NCBI GenBank assembly: GCA_963749495.1
Contig: CAVVMW010000008.1
Coordinates: forward strand, 224,001 to 288,000
Reading direction: 5' to 3'
Source: an uncultured bacterium
GTDB taxonomy: Bacteria; Verrucomicrobiota; Verrucomicrobiia; Limisphaerales; UBA8199
Length of the DNA stretch: 64,000 nt
How positions within the stretch are numbered: position 1 is the stretch's first letter; each line of letters opens with the position of its first letter. Positions 20,998 to 31,578 of the stretch are shown here, one piece after another. Below the pieces are notes generated by a model. The model had not been told where the DNA came from. It worked only from the letters and a program-made list of their open reading frames with translations, and ran no database searches. The position numbers and the translations under genes are program-made.

Positions 20998-22457
20998 ATG
21001 CGTGTGAGCGGTTCGCAGAAGAGACTTGGCCAGTTCTTCACGCCTCCGGAGGTTGCCCGGACGCTGGTGCGTTGGGTCATCACCAGCCCGGCTCAACGTC
21101 TTCTCGACCCCTCCTGCGGCGACGGCGAATTCCTTGTTTGCCACCGGCGAGCAGTAGGAATTGACGTGGACCGTCAACACACGCTCCAGGCACGCACCCG
21201 CGCCCCCGGGGCGCTGGTGCATGAAGGGGATTTTTTTCTGTGGGCAAGCCGAACCAGCGAACGGTTCGATGCCGCAGCGGGGAACCCTCCGTTCATCCGC
21301 TACCAGTCCTTCTCCGGGGAAACCAGAGAGCGCGCGTTGGCCGAGGCTGCCAAACTCGGCGCGCGGTTCAACGGGCTTCTTCATCGTGGGCTCCGTTCCT
21401 GGTTGCAGCCGCGGGCCTGCTCCGGCCGGGTGGCGCAATGGCCTTCGTGGTGCCTGCAGAGATTGGTCACGCTACTTACGCTGAGCCCCTCCTGGAGGCA
21501 TTGTGCAATCACTTCGACCGCGTTCACATTAGCGCCTTCCGCGAGAAGCTCTTTCCGGCTCTTTCCGAGGACTGCTGGCTCCTGCACTGTGCTGGCTTCG
21601 CGGGGCGCACCGACGACATACTGCTCAGCGTCGCGGAGGAGTTTCATCCGCTGGAGGCGCCGCCGCAACCCGTGCGCCGGGTCAGCCTTGCGTCGTGGAG
21701 AAAGTCCGGTTGCCGCCTTCGCAAGTTCCTCCTTCCTGAGCGGGGAACGGCCCTCTACGATGCACTCATCGGCTTGTCGAGCGTTCGCCGCTTTTCAGAG
21801 GTCGCTCACGCTGGCATTGGGTACGTCACCGGCGCGAATGACTTCTTCCACCTAAGGCCCACCGAAGCCCAGTTCTGGGGACTGCCGCCGCAAGTCCTTC
21901 GCGTGACGGTCCGCAAGGGCGAGCAGCTTCCAGCACGCCGGGTCGATCAGCAAGCCGTCAGGAGCTGGATAGCCAATGATGACGCCGTGCTGCTTCTGCA
22001 CTTGCGCGGCGTGGATCCCCTGCCCGCGCGCGTGCGCGAGTACCTTGACACCGACGCCGCCCATCGAGCCAAAGAAACCTACAAGTGCCGGAACCGCAGC
22101 CCGTGGTATGTGGTGCCCGATGTGAAGACTCCTCATGCCTTCCTATCCTACATGAGTGGCTTGGCCCCGAGCCTGGTTGCCAATGAGGCCGGGTGTGTCT
22201 GCACCAACTCCGTTCACGCCGTCGAGTTACACCCCGGCCTCGACATCGCCGACGTGCAGCGCGCATGGGAAACCCCGCTGTGTCAGTTGAGCTGTGAAAT
22301 GGAAGGCCATCCCCTCGGGGGAGGAATGCTCAAGCTTGAGCCAGGCGAGGTTGCAAACGTGCGCCTTCCGCTCCGCCACACGCCCGTGAGTCGGGCAGAC
22401 GCCGCACTCCTTGAAGAAGCAATCACCGAAGCCCGCCGCTGGAGACATTATGCCTGA
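20998..22457 (+). CDS. N6-adenine DNA methyltransferase, gamma class (frameshift near 21378)
   Basis: LGQFFTP, motif I LLDPSCGDGEFL, motif IV NPPF, GYVTGANDFF and C-terminal GGGMLKLEPGE. Confidence 0.88.
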
Positions 22458-23313
22458 CGTTTGGCTCCCACCCTACCTGCACCTCGACGCGGCGCTGGCC
22501 CGGTTTGTCGCCGTCCTCGAAACCCAAGGCCAGCAACACATCAAACCTCTCCACCAGCACATCGCCATCCGCCTGGTGATAGAGGCCGGATTCCATCCGG
22601 AAGAAATCACACCGCACCCCCCGCTCCTTGTGGAAACCCGTGGCAGCCGCAATCGGCTCATCTTCGACCAGCGTGCCCAGCGCGAGGACGAGCAGACCGT
22701 CCTCGGCGGCTTGAAGACCAAGAACATCGACATCGTCGTCGCCAAACCGCACATCGGACCAGTGATCGCTATCTCTGTAAAAGGCACAGGCGGAGCTTTC
22801 CGGAATCTTACTAACCGCATGGAGGAAGCGATCGGCGATTCAACTAACCTTCACATCATGTATCCCGGTCTGGTTTACGCCTTCCTCCACGTCCTTAAAG
22901 CCCATCGGGCTGGGACACCGGGCCTGGCTCCCAACGACATCGCCGTCAACGCGGAAGGAGAAGTGGTCCAGGCCATTCGGCGCTACCACGACGTGCTGCT
23001 TGGGCTGGCCGGTCGGCGCTTGGTTCGTGACGATTTCACCCGTTACGAAGCCGTCTGCATGGCTCTGGTTAATGCAGGCCAACCGACCGCCGGCAGCATC
23101 TTCCAACCCTTCCCGCCAGTTGACAGTCCGCTAAGTCTTCGCGCCTTTTTCGACACGATTTACAGAATCTACGACCTCAGATTTCCCTATCTCGCGGCCT
23201 CAGTTGCGTCTCTCAAGCGTCTGGAATGGGATGAGGCTTCCCCGGCACTGGCATGTCTTGGGTCAGAGCCGGAGATGCGGTCACGCCTCGGATATACCCC
23301 GCGCCTGGGTTGA
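22450..23313 (+). CDS. Putative Type II restriction endonuclease (PD-(D/E)xK; PaeR7I/XhoI-like)
   Basis: Overlaps the MTase stop. KNIDIVV..VIAISVKG..NLTNRMEEAIG recalls the NNRxEEAIG motif of the PaeR7I/XhoI family. Confidence 0.65.
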   Translation: MPDVWLPPYLHLDAALARFVAVLETQGQQHIKPLHQHIAIRLVIEAGFHPEEITPHPPLLVETRGSRNRLIFDQRAQREDEQTVLGGLKTKNIDIVVAKPHIGPVIAISVKGTGGAFRNLTNRMEEAIGDSTNLHIMYPGLVYAFLHVLKAHRAGTPGLAPNDIAVNAEGEVVQAIRRYHDVLLGLAGRRLVRDDFTRYEAVCMALVNAGQPTAGSIFQPFPPVDSPLSLRAFFDTIYRIYDLRFPYLAASVASLKRLEWDEASPALACLGSEPEMRSRLGYTPRLG

Positions 23314-23493
23314 GGTTTCCGGGTGTGCCCAGCGGCGCTGCACGAGTCGGAGACCGACGCCGGGGACCAGCAGATGCCGCAGGACCGGCCGGGAAATTGG
23401 ACCTCATGCCGGGCCGGGCGGATGCGGGTATCAACCAAGGCAGGCTGCGCGGCCTGCCATGTAGTGGAGGAGGTGCGCCGGCTCCTGGGGAAT

Positions 23494-26490
23494 CTACCCC
23501 GCCATCGGCCCCCGTGTGACGCCGAGTTGGTTGAAGAGCTTGAGTTGGCGCCAGAGTTGGGAGCCCGTGATCTCGCCGCGCAGGAGTTGGCGGTACATGC
23601 CGATGGTTTGCGTGAGTTGGGCGGGGGATTCGTTGAGGAACTCGAGCCGGAAATGGCGGACGCCCAGGTCGAGCATGCGCGCCACGTAATCCGCGCCGGT
23701 CTGGGCCAGGGCGTTGAAGACGGTGTTGCGGCAGCCGGCGTCGGCCTTGACCGGGTGGTGGGCGCCGACACGGTCGCGCAGTTTCACCTCGTGCGTGTCG
23801 CAAGGCCGGCCGCAATTCCGGTAATCGGCGCCGTTGGAGAGAAAGGCGCAGAAGACGCAATGCTCCATGTGGAACATCGGGATGTGCTGATGGATGGTGA
23901 CCTCGAACCAGTCGGGCGGGGCGGCCTGGAGAAGGGCCTCGAGCTGGGTGAAATTGAGGTCGTAGGAGGCGGTGACGCGCTCGAGGCCGAACTGGTTTTT
24001 GAAATAATCCGCCGCCAGGCGGTTGGCGATGTTGAGCGAGTAATCGCCGATGCGCCGCGCCGGGGTGAAGCAGGCCAGGTGATCGTAGTTGCGCACCAGG
24101 TAGCCGTCGGCCTCGCAGGAGCGGACCTGGTTGAGGATCCATTCCTCGCCGGGCTTGAAAATGCGGGGAGGGGCAACGAAGAGTGCGGAGTGCGGAGTGC
24201 GGAGCGCGGAATGGCGAAAATGAGCGACTGCCTCGCGATATTTCCTGGGGTCTTCGAATTCGCAATAAACAGTCTCGACGCCGCATTGGAGGGCGGCTTC
24301 GAGTGTGCGAGATCGCGCACCAGAACATTCAAGTGCGGAATGCGGAGTGCAGAATGCGGAATGACTCGCCAAGCGCCCTCCTCCGCCCCTCCGTCTTCCG
24401 ACCTCCGCCCTCCGTCTTCCGCGCCCGGCGGCTCGGCGGGTGAACCCGCTCGCTTGTGCGTGCCGGCTCCCTCCCTCTCCCCATCGGATGGGGAGAGGGC
24501 CGGGGTGAGGGGTCCTCCGTCCTCTGGCCTCCGCCCTCCGGCCTCCGTCGTCCAGCGTTTGGGCCGGGCGCGTTGGGTCTCCAGGTCGCGGACGATCTCG
24601 CGGCGCAGGCGATTGAGTTCGCTGAGGGGGAGCAGGAGATTGTCGGCGAGGCAATTCTTGAGTTGGCCCAACCTGAAGGGCGTGCCGCCCAATCGCCCCA
24701 GTTGCTCGCGCAGCCGCTCGGCCGTCAGCGGCTGTTTGTCAGCCCTGACCAGCGGCATGGCCGAGTCCACGCGGGCAATGTGGCCCAGTCCGTCGCGGGC
24801 AATGAGCGTGAGCGGCGCCCCCGCCAGACCGTGGGTTTCCATCTGGATCGGGCGTTGGAATCTGGGCGTCTCTCCTTCAAAGCTCTGGCGCAGGCGGCGC
24901 TCCAACTCCGGGTCGCTGGTCTTCCAGAGCCGATCGCCGGGATGCACTCTCCCAAAATCAATATCGCCCCGGCCGAAATAGAGGAGGACAGGGTTGCCCG
25001 CGCCGGCCAATGGTTCCTTGCCCGCCGGGGCGTTTCCGGGCCCGACCCGCCCGCGCGGCGCCGCTCCCGTTCCGGGCTTGACCTCATAGACCCGCGCGCC
25101 CTCTTCCTTTTCCTCGGGCCGGCCGGCGTCGAACACCACCCCGTCCCCGGGCTTGAGCGGGCTCTCCAGGCTGACCTTCACGCTGCCGTGCTGCACGGCC
25201 AGGACCTTGCCCAGGTACACGCCGCGTTTCTTGCCAAAACGGCCATGGACCAGTTCCTGGTTGTTGGTGCCGTGGAACCACCCCGTGTAGAGCCCGCGGG
25301 AGAAGGCCATCTCCATCTCATAAGTGCGGAGTGCGGAGGAAGTGCGGAGTGCGGAGTGCGGAGTGCGGAATGTAGTGCTTTCGGAGCCAGAGGTTTGGGG
25401 TTCGGAGGACGGAGGTCGGAGGACGGAGGTCGGAGGTCGGAGGTCGGAAGACGGAGGCCGGAGGTCTGAAGACGGAGGGCAGAGGGCGACGCCTGCCGAG
25501 GCATTCCGCACTCCGCACTCCGCACTCCGCACTTCCTCGGCTCCGCACTCCGCATTCCGCACTAGCCGGTCCAGGGCGTTGCGGTAGATGCGCGTGATGT
25601 TGGCGACGTACTCCGGGGACTTGAGACGGCCTTCTATCTTGAGCGAAGCCACGCGCAGCCGGACCAGGTCAGGGAGCACGCCCAGGCCGGCCAGGTCCTG
25701 CGGGCTCAGCAGATACTTTCGGTCGCCCAGCGGGACCTGCTTGCCGTCGGCGATCAGGTCATAAGGCATGCGGCAGGCCTGGGCGCACTCGCCGCGGTTG
25801 GCCGAGCGCCCGCCCAGGGCCTCGCTGGTCAGGCATTGGCCGGAATAGGCGACGCAGAGGGCGCCGTGGACGAAGACCTCGATGGGCAGGGTCGAGCGGG
25901 CCTCGAGGATGCTCTTCGAGTTCCTTGAGCGAACACTCGCGGGCCAGCACGACGAGATTGCACCCGAGGTCGCGTGCGAACTCGACGCCGCCGGCGCTGG
26001 TAACGGTCAACTGCGTCGAGGCGTGGATGGGGAAGTCGGGAGAGAGGCGGCGAATCAGCCGGCAGATGCCGGCGTCCTGGACCACGGCGGCGTCCACCCC
26101 GGCGGCGATAATCGAGTGGAGATAGGCCTCGGCCTGGGCCATCTCGTTCTCGAAGACCAGCGTGTTGAAGGTGACGTAGCCCTTGACGCCGCGCCGGTGC
26201 AGGAACTCGATCAGCTTCGGCAGATCGGCCTCGGTGAAGTTGCGCGCGCGCGTCCGGGCATTGAACTGCTCCAGGCCGAAGTAGATGGCGTCGGCACCGT
26301 TCTCGACGGCAGCCTTGGCGCATTCCCAATCGCCCGCAGGCGCCAGCAACTCCGGAAGACGGAGGGCGGAGGCCGGAAGGCGGAGGCCGGAGGGCGGAGG
26401 CCGGAGGACGGGGGGCGGAGGGCGGAGCGGGTCCGGCCCCGGGGGTTGCTGCTCCAGTTCTGCGATGCGATGGGTCTGGCCGCTGCTCAT
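23494..26490 (-). CDS. U32 peptidase-family / RlhA-like rRNA hydroxylase with DUF3656 (frameshifts near 25915 and 24305; four in-frame repeat inserts)
   Basis: ELLAPAG, GADAIYFG, FNAR, HASTQ, EVFVHGALCVAYSGQC, SANRGECAQACR, SLKIEGRLK, FSRG, MEHCVFC, CGRPC, DAGCRNTVFN. Confidence 0.9.
24332..24550. repeat. In-frame composite repeat (heptamer arrays plus a CCCTCTCCCC..GGGGAGAGGG palindrome) inside the U32 gene
   Basis: Translates as GGRRPEDGGPLTPALSPSDGERE..IPHSALRIPH. The palindrome family recurs at 38557-38684. Confidence 0.85.
25323..25562. repeat. In-frame ~240-bp palindromic cassette (TGCGGAG)n-(GGAGGTC/GGAGGAC)n-(CTCCGCA)n inside the U32 gene
   Basis: Directly visible; homologous to the intergenic copy at 35782-36016. 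Confidence 0.9.
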
Positions 26491-26625
26491 CAACACTGGG
26501 AATTTAGTCCTCAAACCCCGGGGGACAAATCCTTTTCTGGGAGGTGTGTGCGTGTCCGATCATCTATGAACCAAGGTCTGAAATCTCCGGCTTTCGCTTT
26601 TTCCTGCCCGCGCTTAATTTTGGCT

Positions 26626-27537
26626 ATGCGCGCGCTGATAGCCGGTTGCGGTTACATCGGCCTGCCGCTGGGGGCGGCGCTGGCTGGGCTGGGGCACGAG
26701 GTCTTCGGCCTGAGGCGGAGCTTGCAAGGCGCGGCGGAGTTGGAGCGGGCCGGCATTAGGCCCCTGGCGGCGGACATCACGAAAGCGGAGGAATTGGCCG
26801 GGCTGCCCGCGGGGTATGATTGGGTGGTCAACTGCGTTGCCTCGTCGGGCGGCGGGGCGGCGCAGTATCGCGCCCTCTATCTGGAGGGGACCCGCAACCT
26901 GCTGGCCTGGCTGGCCGCCCGGCCGCCAAAGAAATTCGTCTATACCAGCAGCACGAGCGTTTATGGCCAGACCGACGCCTCGACGGTCGATGAATCCAGC
27001 CCGGCCGAGGCGGCGTCCGAGACGGCCCCAATCCTGTTGGAAACCGAACGGGTCCTGCTCGAGGCGGCAGCGCAGCGGGGGTTTCCCGCGGTCATCGCGC
27101 GCCTGGCGGGCATCTACGGCCCGGGCCGGGCCTATTGGCTGAAACAGTTCCTCAACGGCCAGGCGCGCCTTGAAGGGGCGGGCGGGCGCTTCCTGAACAT
27201 GATCCACCGCGACGACGTGGCGGGCGTCCTCATCGCGGCGCTGGAGCGCGGCCGGGCCGGGCAGATCTATAATGCCGTGGATGACGAGCCCGTAGCGCAG
27301 CTTGACTGCTTCCGCTGGCTCGCCAAGGCCCTGAGCCGGCCGTTGCCGCCCCCGGCCCCCGAAGAACCGGGCACCCCGCCCAAACGCGGCCTGACCAACA
27401 AACGAGTCTCCAACGCCAAACTCAAGAGGGAATTGGGTTATAACTTCAAGTACCCCACCTTCCGGGAGGGCTTTACGGCGGAGATCCGCAGCCTTGCAAT
27501 GTCACCTGTTGCCGGGTTAACCTCTGAGCCAGGATGA
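26626..27537 (+). CDS. NAD(P)-dependent SDR/epimerase (YeeZ-like)
   Basis: MRALIAGCGYIG, YTSSTSVYG, RLAGIYGPGR, IHRDD, NKRVSN, YPTFREG. Confidence 0.9.
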   Translation: MRALIAGCGYIGLPLGAALAGLGHEVFGLRRSLQGAAELERAGIRPLAADITKAEELAGLPAGYDWVVNCVASSGGGAAQYRALYLEGTRNLLAWLAARPPKKFVYTSSTSVYGQTDASTVDESSPAEAASETAPILLETERVLLEAAAQRGFPAVIARLAGIYGPGRAYWLKQFLNGQARLEGAGGRFLNMIHRDDVAGVLIAALERGRAGQIYNAVDDEPVAQLDCFRWLAKALSRPLPPPAPEEPGTPPKRGLTNKRVSNAKLKRELGYNFKYPTFREGFTAEIRSLAMSPVAGLTSEPG

Positions 27538-27749
27538 AAACGGTCGAGGCAATCATCGAACCATCAGGCGAAGTCCGGTTGATCGAGCCGGTGCAGGTTG
27601 CGTTGCCGAGACGCGCCCTCGTCACGATCCTTGAGGAGGCACCGGACGTTGGCGATACCGCCTTGTTGAGCGAGGCTGCGCTGGCGGAAGACTGGAATCG
27701 CGCCGAGGAGGACGCCGCATGGGCTTATTTGCAGCCGGGCAAGTCGTAA
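27534..27749 (+). CDS. Putative antitoxin
   Basis: 71 aa with an acidic C-terminus LSEAALAEDWNRAEEDAAW; overlaps the toxin gene. Confidence 0.75.
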   Translation: MKTVEAIIEPSGEVRLIEPVQVALPRRALVTILEEAPDVGDTALLSEAALAEDWNRAEEDAAWAYLQPGKS

Positions 27750-28057
27750 CGGTCCATTTTCCCTTCTCGGATCTCAGCCAGTCCAAGCTGCGCCCGGCAG
27801 TGGTGCTTGCGGAAGTGGGTCGAGGCGATTGGCTGCTCTGCCAGGTTACCAGCAAATCTTACGGCGACCCCCGCGCCATCCAAATCGCTGCTGCCGACCT
27901 CGCTCAAGGCTCGTTGCGTCTCGCCAGCTTTGCGCGCCCTGGCAAGCTCTTCACGGCGCACACCAGCCTGGTTGCCGGGCAAATCGGTGAATTGCAACCC
28001 GCGAAGTTTTCGGCCATTCGCGACGCCGTTGTTCGACTGATTCTATCTGGCAGGTGA
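27719..28057 (+). CDS. PemK/MazF family toxin
   Basis: GQVVTVHFPFSDLSQSKLRPAVVL..LLCQVTS. Confidence 0.88.
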   Translation: MGLFAAGQVVTVHFPFSDLSQSKLRPAVVLAEVGRGDWLLCQVTSKSYGDPRAIQIAAADLAQGSLRLASFARPGKLFTAHTSLVAGQIGELQPAKFSAIRDAVVRLILSGR

Positions 28058-28106
28058 TTTCAGATTTATGGTGGCAAACCGCTATCAACGGCCCTAGCGT
28101 GGCCGC

Positions 28107-28430
28107 ATGAGACGCGCGACCTCAATCCCCTCGCTTGCGGACAAGGTGTTGGACCTGGCAGCGGCGTGTTTCGACGCTCCGACGCTCGACGCCTTGGCAA
28201 GGCTGCGGTTGAGCCCAAACGTGGCTGCGCGGGTGGAGCGGCTTGCCGAGAAGGCGAACGAGGGTCAGTTGACGCCACGGGACCGTGCCGAATATCAGGC
28301 CTACATCGGGACTTCCGAGCTGCTGGCGCTGATTCAGCTTCGCGCCCGCATGAAGCTGCGACTGCCGATTCGCGATTCTGACGAGCGCCTCAACCTCCGC
28401 CAGGGCCTGCGAATGCTCGGACTCATCTAA
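28107..28430 (+). CDS. Small antitoxin-like hypothetical protein
   Basis: LAEKANEGQLTPRDRAEY helical motif; follows the TA pair. Confidence 0.55.
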   Translation: MRRATSIPSLADKVLDLAAACFDAPTLDALARLRLSPNVAARVERLAEKANEGQLTPRDRAEYQAYIGTSELLALIQLRARMKLRLPIRDSDERLNLRQGLRMLGLI

Positions 28431-28635
28431 TGCCCCCCCACCGGACCGGTTCTCCTCGCCCGCCAGACGGGAGACCGGGAACCTGACCGAATGGGATCGT
28501 GCGCCGGCACTGTCTTGCCACCCGATGAGCGTCTCCCAAGCATGGGATTTTTGCTGGACATTCCCCAAGCCTCCGGTGCAATAATCGGTTCCATCAGGCA
28601 TGCTGAATAATGTTTGAAAAACCGGTGCTTTGACT

Positions 28636-28989
28636 ATGCCCAAGCCCGTCCCACAACCCGCAATCAATCGCGCCTCGCGCCCCGTGGAGCGGCACGGTTT
28701 CTGGACCGGGCTGGCGATTGCGCTGGCCGGCTCGCTTCTGGCCCTGTGCGGGGCGCGGCATCTGACTGCCATCGAGACCGTCGAGGGCGGCAACGCTTGG
28801 GAGACGCAGTTGGTCAAGGCCTTCACCGCCAGCGGCCTGCAGTTCCCCGAGCAGGTCGCCCCGCCCCCGCCGCCGAAGGGCGGCGACCCAATCGCCCTCG
28901 AACGCTGGGCCAAGCAGAATGCGCAGTCCTCTCCGCCCACCTGGAAGGTCCGCGTGGATACCGCCGCCAGCGCTCCATGTCCCACCTGA
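28636..28989 (+). CDS. Small membrane-anchored hypothetical protein
   Basis: One TM segment (FWTGLAIALAGSLLAL) and a C-terminal CPT; lies upstream of the ferredoxin-like gene. Confidence 0.6.
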   Translation: MPKPVPQPAINRASRPVERHGFWTGLAIALAGSLLALCGARHLTAIETVEGGNAWETQLVKAFTASGLQFPEQVAPPPPPKGGDPIALERWAKQNAQSSPPTWKVRVDTAASAPCPT

Positions 28990-29069
28990 GTGCATTGAAC
29001 TGCGGTCACGTGGCGTGGCCAACTCAACCCCTGCTCCTAAGTCGCCGATCCTAAAGTCCAAGGTGCAAG

Positions 29070-30056
29070 ATGGACAACCCGGAATCCAAGCCCAATCAAC
29101 CCGTGGCGCCGGCGTCCTCGCCCGCGCGTTCCCCGCAGGGCGTGGCGCCGCCATCTCTGCCTGGGCTTGCGCCGGGCACCCCTGCCCCTTGCCCTGCCTG
29201 CAATGGAGAAAGCAGCCGCGGTGAGGGCAAGGGCCTGGGACAGAAACTGTCGCGGAGCCGGCCCTGGGTGCAGGCGGGGTTCTTGGGTCTGTGGCTGGCG
29301 CCAGTCGGCCAATTCTTGCACGGCATACCGGGTTGCGTGTTCCACTGCTACTCGTGCCCGCTCTCGTCGTTCGCCTGCCCGGTGGGCGTGCTGGCCCAAT
29401 ACGCTGCCCTCTTTCCGCTGGTCTATGAAGTGCCCTTCCTGCTCCTGGGGATTTTGCTGGTCGTGGGAGCCGCCGGCGGGTCTCTCGTCTGCGGGTGGGC
29501 CTGCCCGTTCGGGTTTCTCCAGGACCTCCTGGGCAAGGTCACGCCCCGCAAGCTGACGCTGCCCGCCTGGACCGGCTACACCCGCTATGTCGTCCTGGTT
29601 GGGCTGGTGATCTTATTGCCCCTCATCCTCGGCGCCGGGGGGATACGCTTCGATGACCAGGCAGTCTCGATCTGCCGGCTCTGCCCGGCGGGCGCGCTCG
29701 AGGCGGGCTTGCCGTACTCGGTCCAAAGCCTTCTCACCGGCCACGGCTGGCTGATGGGCGGATTCAAGTGCGCGCTGCTGCTGGCCTTTGTGGCGGCGGC
29801 CCTCTTCATTCACCGTCCCTGGTGCCGGCTCTTGTGCCCGCTGGGCGGGCTGCTGGCCCTGTTCAACCGGGTGAGCCTGTTTCATCTCCGGTTCAATCCC
29901 AAGGAGTGCATCGAGTGCAACCTCTGCCGCAGCCGCTGCTCGATGGGCGTGAAGGTGGACCAAAAGGTCAACGTCGCCGGCTGCACCCGTTGCCTGGAGT
30001 GTACCACCTGCGGCGCCATCCAGCCCCGCTTCGCCTGGCCCAAGCGCGAGCGATGA
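29070..30056 (+). CDS. Membrane 4Fe-4S binding protein (NapH/MauN-like polyferredoxin)
   Basis: CGWACPFG, CRLCPAG, WCRLLCPLG, CIECNLCRSRC, CTRCLEC. Confidence 0.9.
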   Translation: MDNPESKPNQPVAPASSPARSPQGVAPPSLPGLAPGTPAPCPACNGESSRGEGKGLGQKLSRSRPWVQAGFLGLWLAPVGQFLHGIPGCVFHCYSCPLSSFACPVGVLAQYAALFPLVYEVPFLLLGILLVVGAAGGSLVCGWACPFGFLQDLLGKVTPRKLTLPAWTGYTRYVVLVGLVILLPLILGAGGIRFDDQAVSICRLCPAGALEAGLPYSVQSLLTGHGWLMGGFKCALLLAFVAAALFIHRPWCRLLCPLGGLLALFNRVSLFHLRFNPKECIECNLCRSRCSMGVKVDQKVNVAGCTRCLECTTCGAIQPRFAWPKRER

Positions 30057-30156
30057 GAAACGGGTTGCGAGCCAAAAAAAACAACCACGTCCTGGAGATC
30101 CTTCACGATTTTTGACATCGTGCATGGGGACCGTGAACCGGGCGGGCGTCGCCCAA

Positions 30157-30246
30157 CGCGAAGCGTTTTGGACTGCGGCAGTCCTCTGCCGCTTTTTGGA
30201 GCCTGGGGACACGAAATCGCCAGAGGACTGGCGCAGTCCAAAACCT
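30157..30246. repeat. REPIN, second copy of 7967-8056
   Basis: CGCGAAGCGTTTTGGACTGCGGCAGTCCTCTGCCGCTTTT..GCCAGAGGACTGGCGCAGTCCAAAACCT. Confidence 0.92.
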
Positions 30247-30257
30247 CCGGGCCTGGG

Positions 30258-31490
30258 ATGAACACATCGAGTCCCCCAAAAGAGCCGCGCCTGCGGTTGC
30301 GGGTGAGCGCGGCGGCCCAAGCCGCCTTGCGCGCCGGCCACCCGTGGGTCTTCGCCGAGGGTGTCCGCCGGCAAAACCGCCCCGGGCAGCCGGGCGAATT
30401 GGCGGTGATCTACGATCGCCAGGACCGGTTCCTGGCGGCCGGGTTATTCGACCCGGACTCGCCGATTCGGGTGCGCGTGCTCCAGGCCGGAACGCCGCAG
30501 GCCATTGACGCCCCCTGGTGGGCGCGGCGGTTCGACCAGGCGCTGGGACGGCGCCGCGGCCTCTTCGATGAGCGGACCACCGGCTATCGCTGTGCCCACG
30601 GCGAGAGCGACGGCTGGCCGGGCCTGGTCCTGGACCGCTACGACACGACGCTCGTCCTGAAACTCTACACCGCCGCGTGGTTGCCGCGCCTGGAGGAGAT
30701 TGCCGCGCTCATCCAGGAACGGCTGCGCCCCAAACCGGGGCGAATCGTCCTGCGCCTGAGCCGCAACCTCCAGAGGAGCCCCTCCGAGCAATTCTCCAGG
30801 CAGGACGGCGCGGTGTTGCGCGGGGCGCCGCTCACGGGTCCTGTGTTGTTCCGGGAAAGCGGCTTGCGCTTCGAGGCCGACGTGGCGCGCGGCCAGAAGA
30901 CCGGTTTTTTCCTGGACCAACGCGAGAACCGGCGCCGTGTGGAGGCCCTCGCGCACGGACGCACGGTGCTCAATGCCTTCAGCTTTTCGGGCGCTTTCTC
31001 GCTCTATGCCGCTCGCGGCGGGGCGCGGCGCGTGACCGACCTGGACCTGAGCGCGCACGCCCTGGAGAGCGCGCGTCGCAATTTCGCGCTCAACCAAGCG
31101 GACAGGGCAGTGGCCTCGTGCGCCTATGAACAGGTCCAGGCCGAGGCCTTCGAATGGCTGGGCGGCAACGCCGCGCGCCGCTTCGACCTGGTCATCCTGG
31201 ATCCACCCTCGCTGGCCAAACGCCAAAGCGAACGGGCCGGCGCCCTCCGCGCCTACGAACGCCTGGCGGCCTTGGGTCTGGCCCGGCTTGCGCCGGGCGG
31301 CATCCTCGTGGCCTGTTCCTGTTCGGCCCACGTATCCGCCCAGGAGTTCTTCGGGGCAGTGCGCAAGGCGGCCGCCCGCTCCGGGCGCGCCACCAGGGAA
31401 TTGGAGACCACCGGGCATCCGCCCGATCACCCTGCGGCGTTCAAGGAGGCCCACTATTTGAAGGCAATCTTTCTAAAGGCTAAAGGCTAA
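30258..31490 (+). CDS. RlmI/RlmK-like class I SAM-dependent rRNA methyltransferase
   Basis: PUA-like [48 protein letters not shown]. Confidence 0.9.
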   Translation: MNTSSPPKEPRLRLRVSAAAQAALRAGHPWVFAEGVRRQNRPGQPGELAVIYDRQDRFLAAGLFDPDSPIRVRVLQAGTPQAIDAPWWARRFDQALGRRRGLFDERTTGYRCAHGESDGWPGLVLDRYDTTLVLKLYTAAWLPRLEEIAALIQERLRPKPGRIVLRLSRNLQRSPSEQFSRQDGAVLRGAPLTGPVLFRESGLRFEADVARGQKTGFFLDQRENRRRVEALAHGRTVLNAFSFSGAFSLYAARGGARRVTDLDLSAHALESARRNFALNQADRAVASCAYEQVQAEAFEWLGGNAARRFDLVILDPPSLAKRQSERAGALRAYERLAALGLARLAPGGILVACSCSAHVSAQEFFGAVRKAAARSGRATRELETTGHPPDHPAAFKEAHYLKAIFLKAKG

Positions 31491-31578
31491 AGGCTAAAGG
31501 CTAAAGTTCAGAGAGGCGGATCGGTCCTTGATCTCTGATGTCTGCACTTTAGCCTTTAGCCTTTAGCCTTTAGCCTTT
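31473..31578. repeat. Inverted heptamer arrays (CTAAAGG)n ... (CCTTTAG)n containing the stops of two convergent genes
   Basis: Directly visible; both TAA stops fall in or at the arrays. Confidence 0.92.

Noticed and set aside
23494..26490. Repeat inserts as introns or inteins that repair the U32 frameshifts
   Set aside because: The frameshifts lie outside the inserts, and there are no intein (C/S...HN) or group I/II intron hallmarks.
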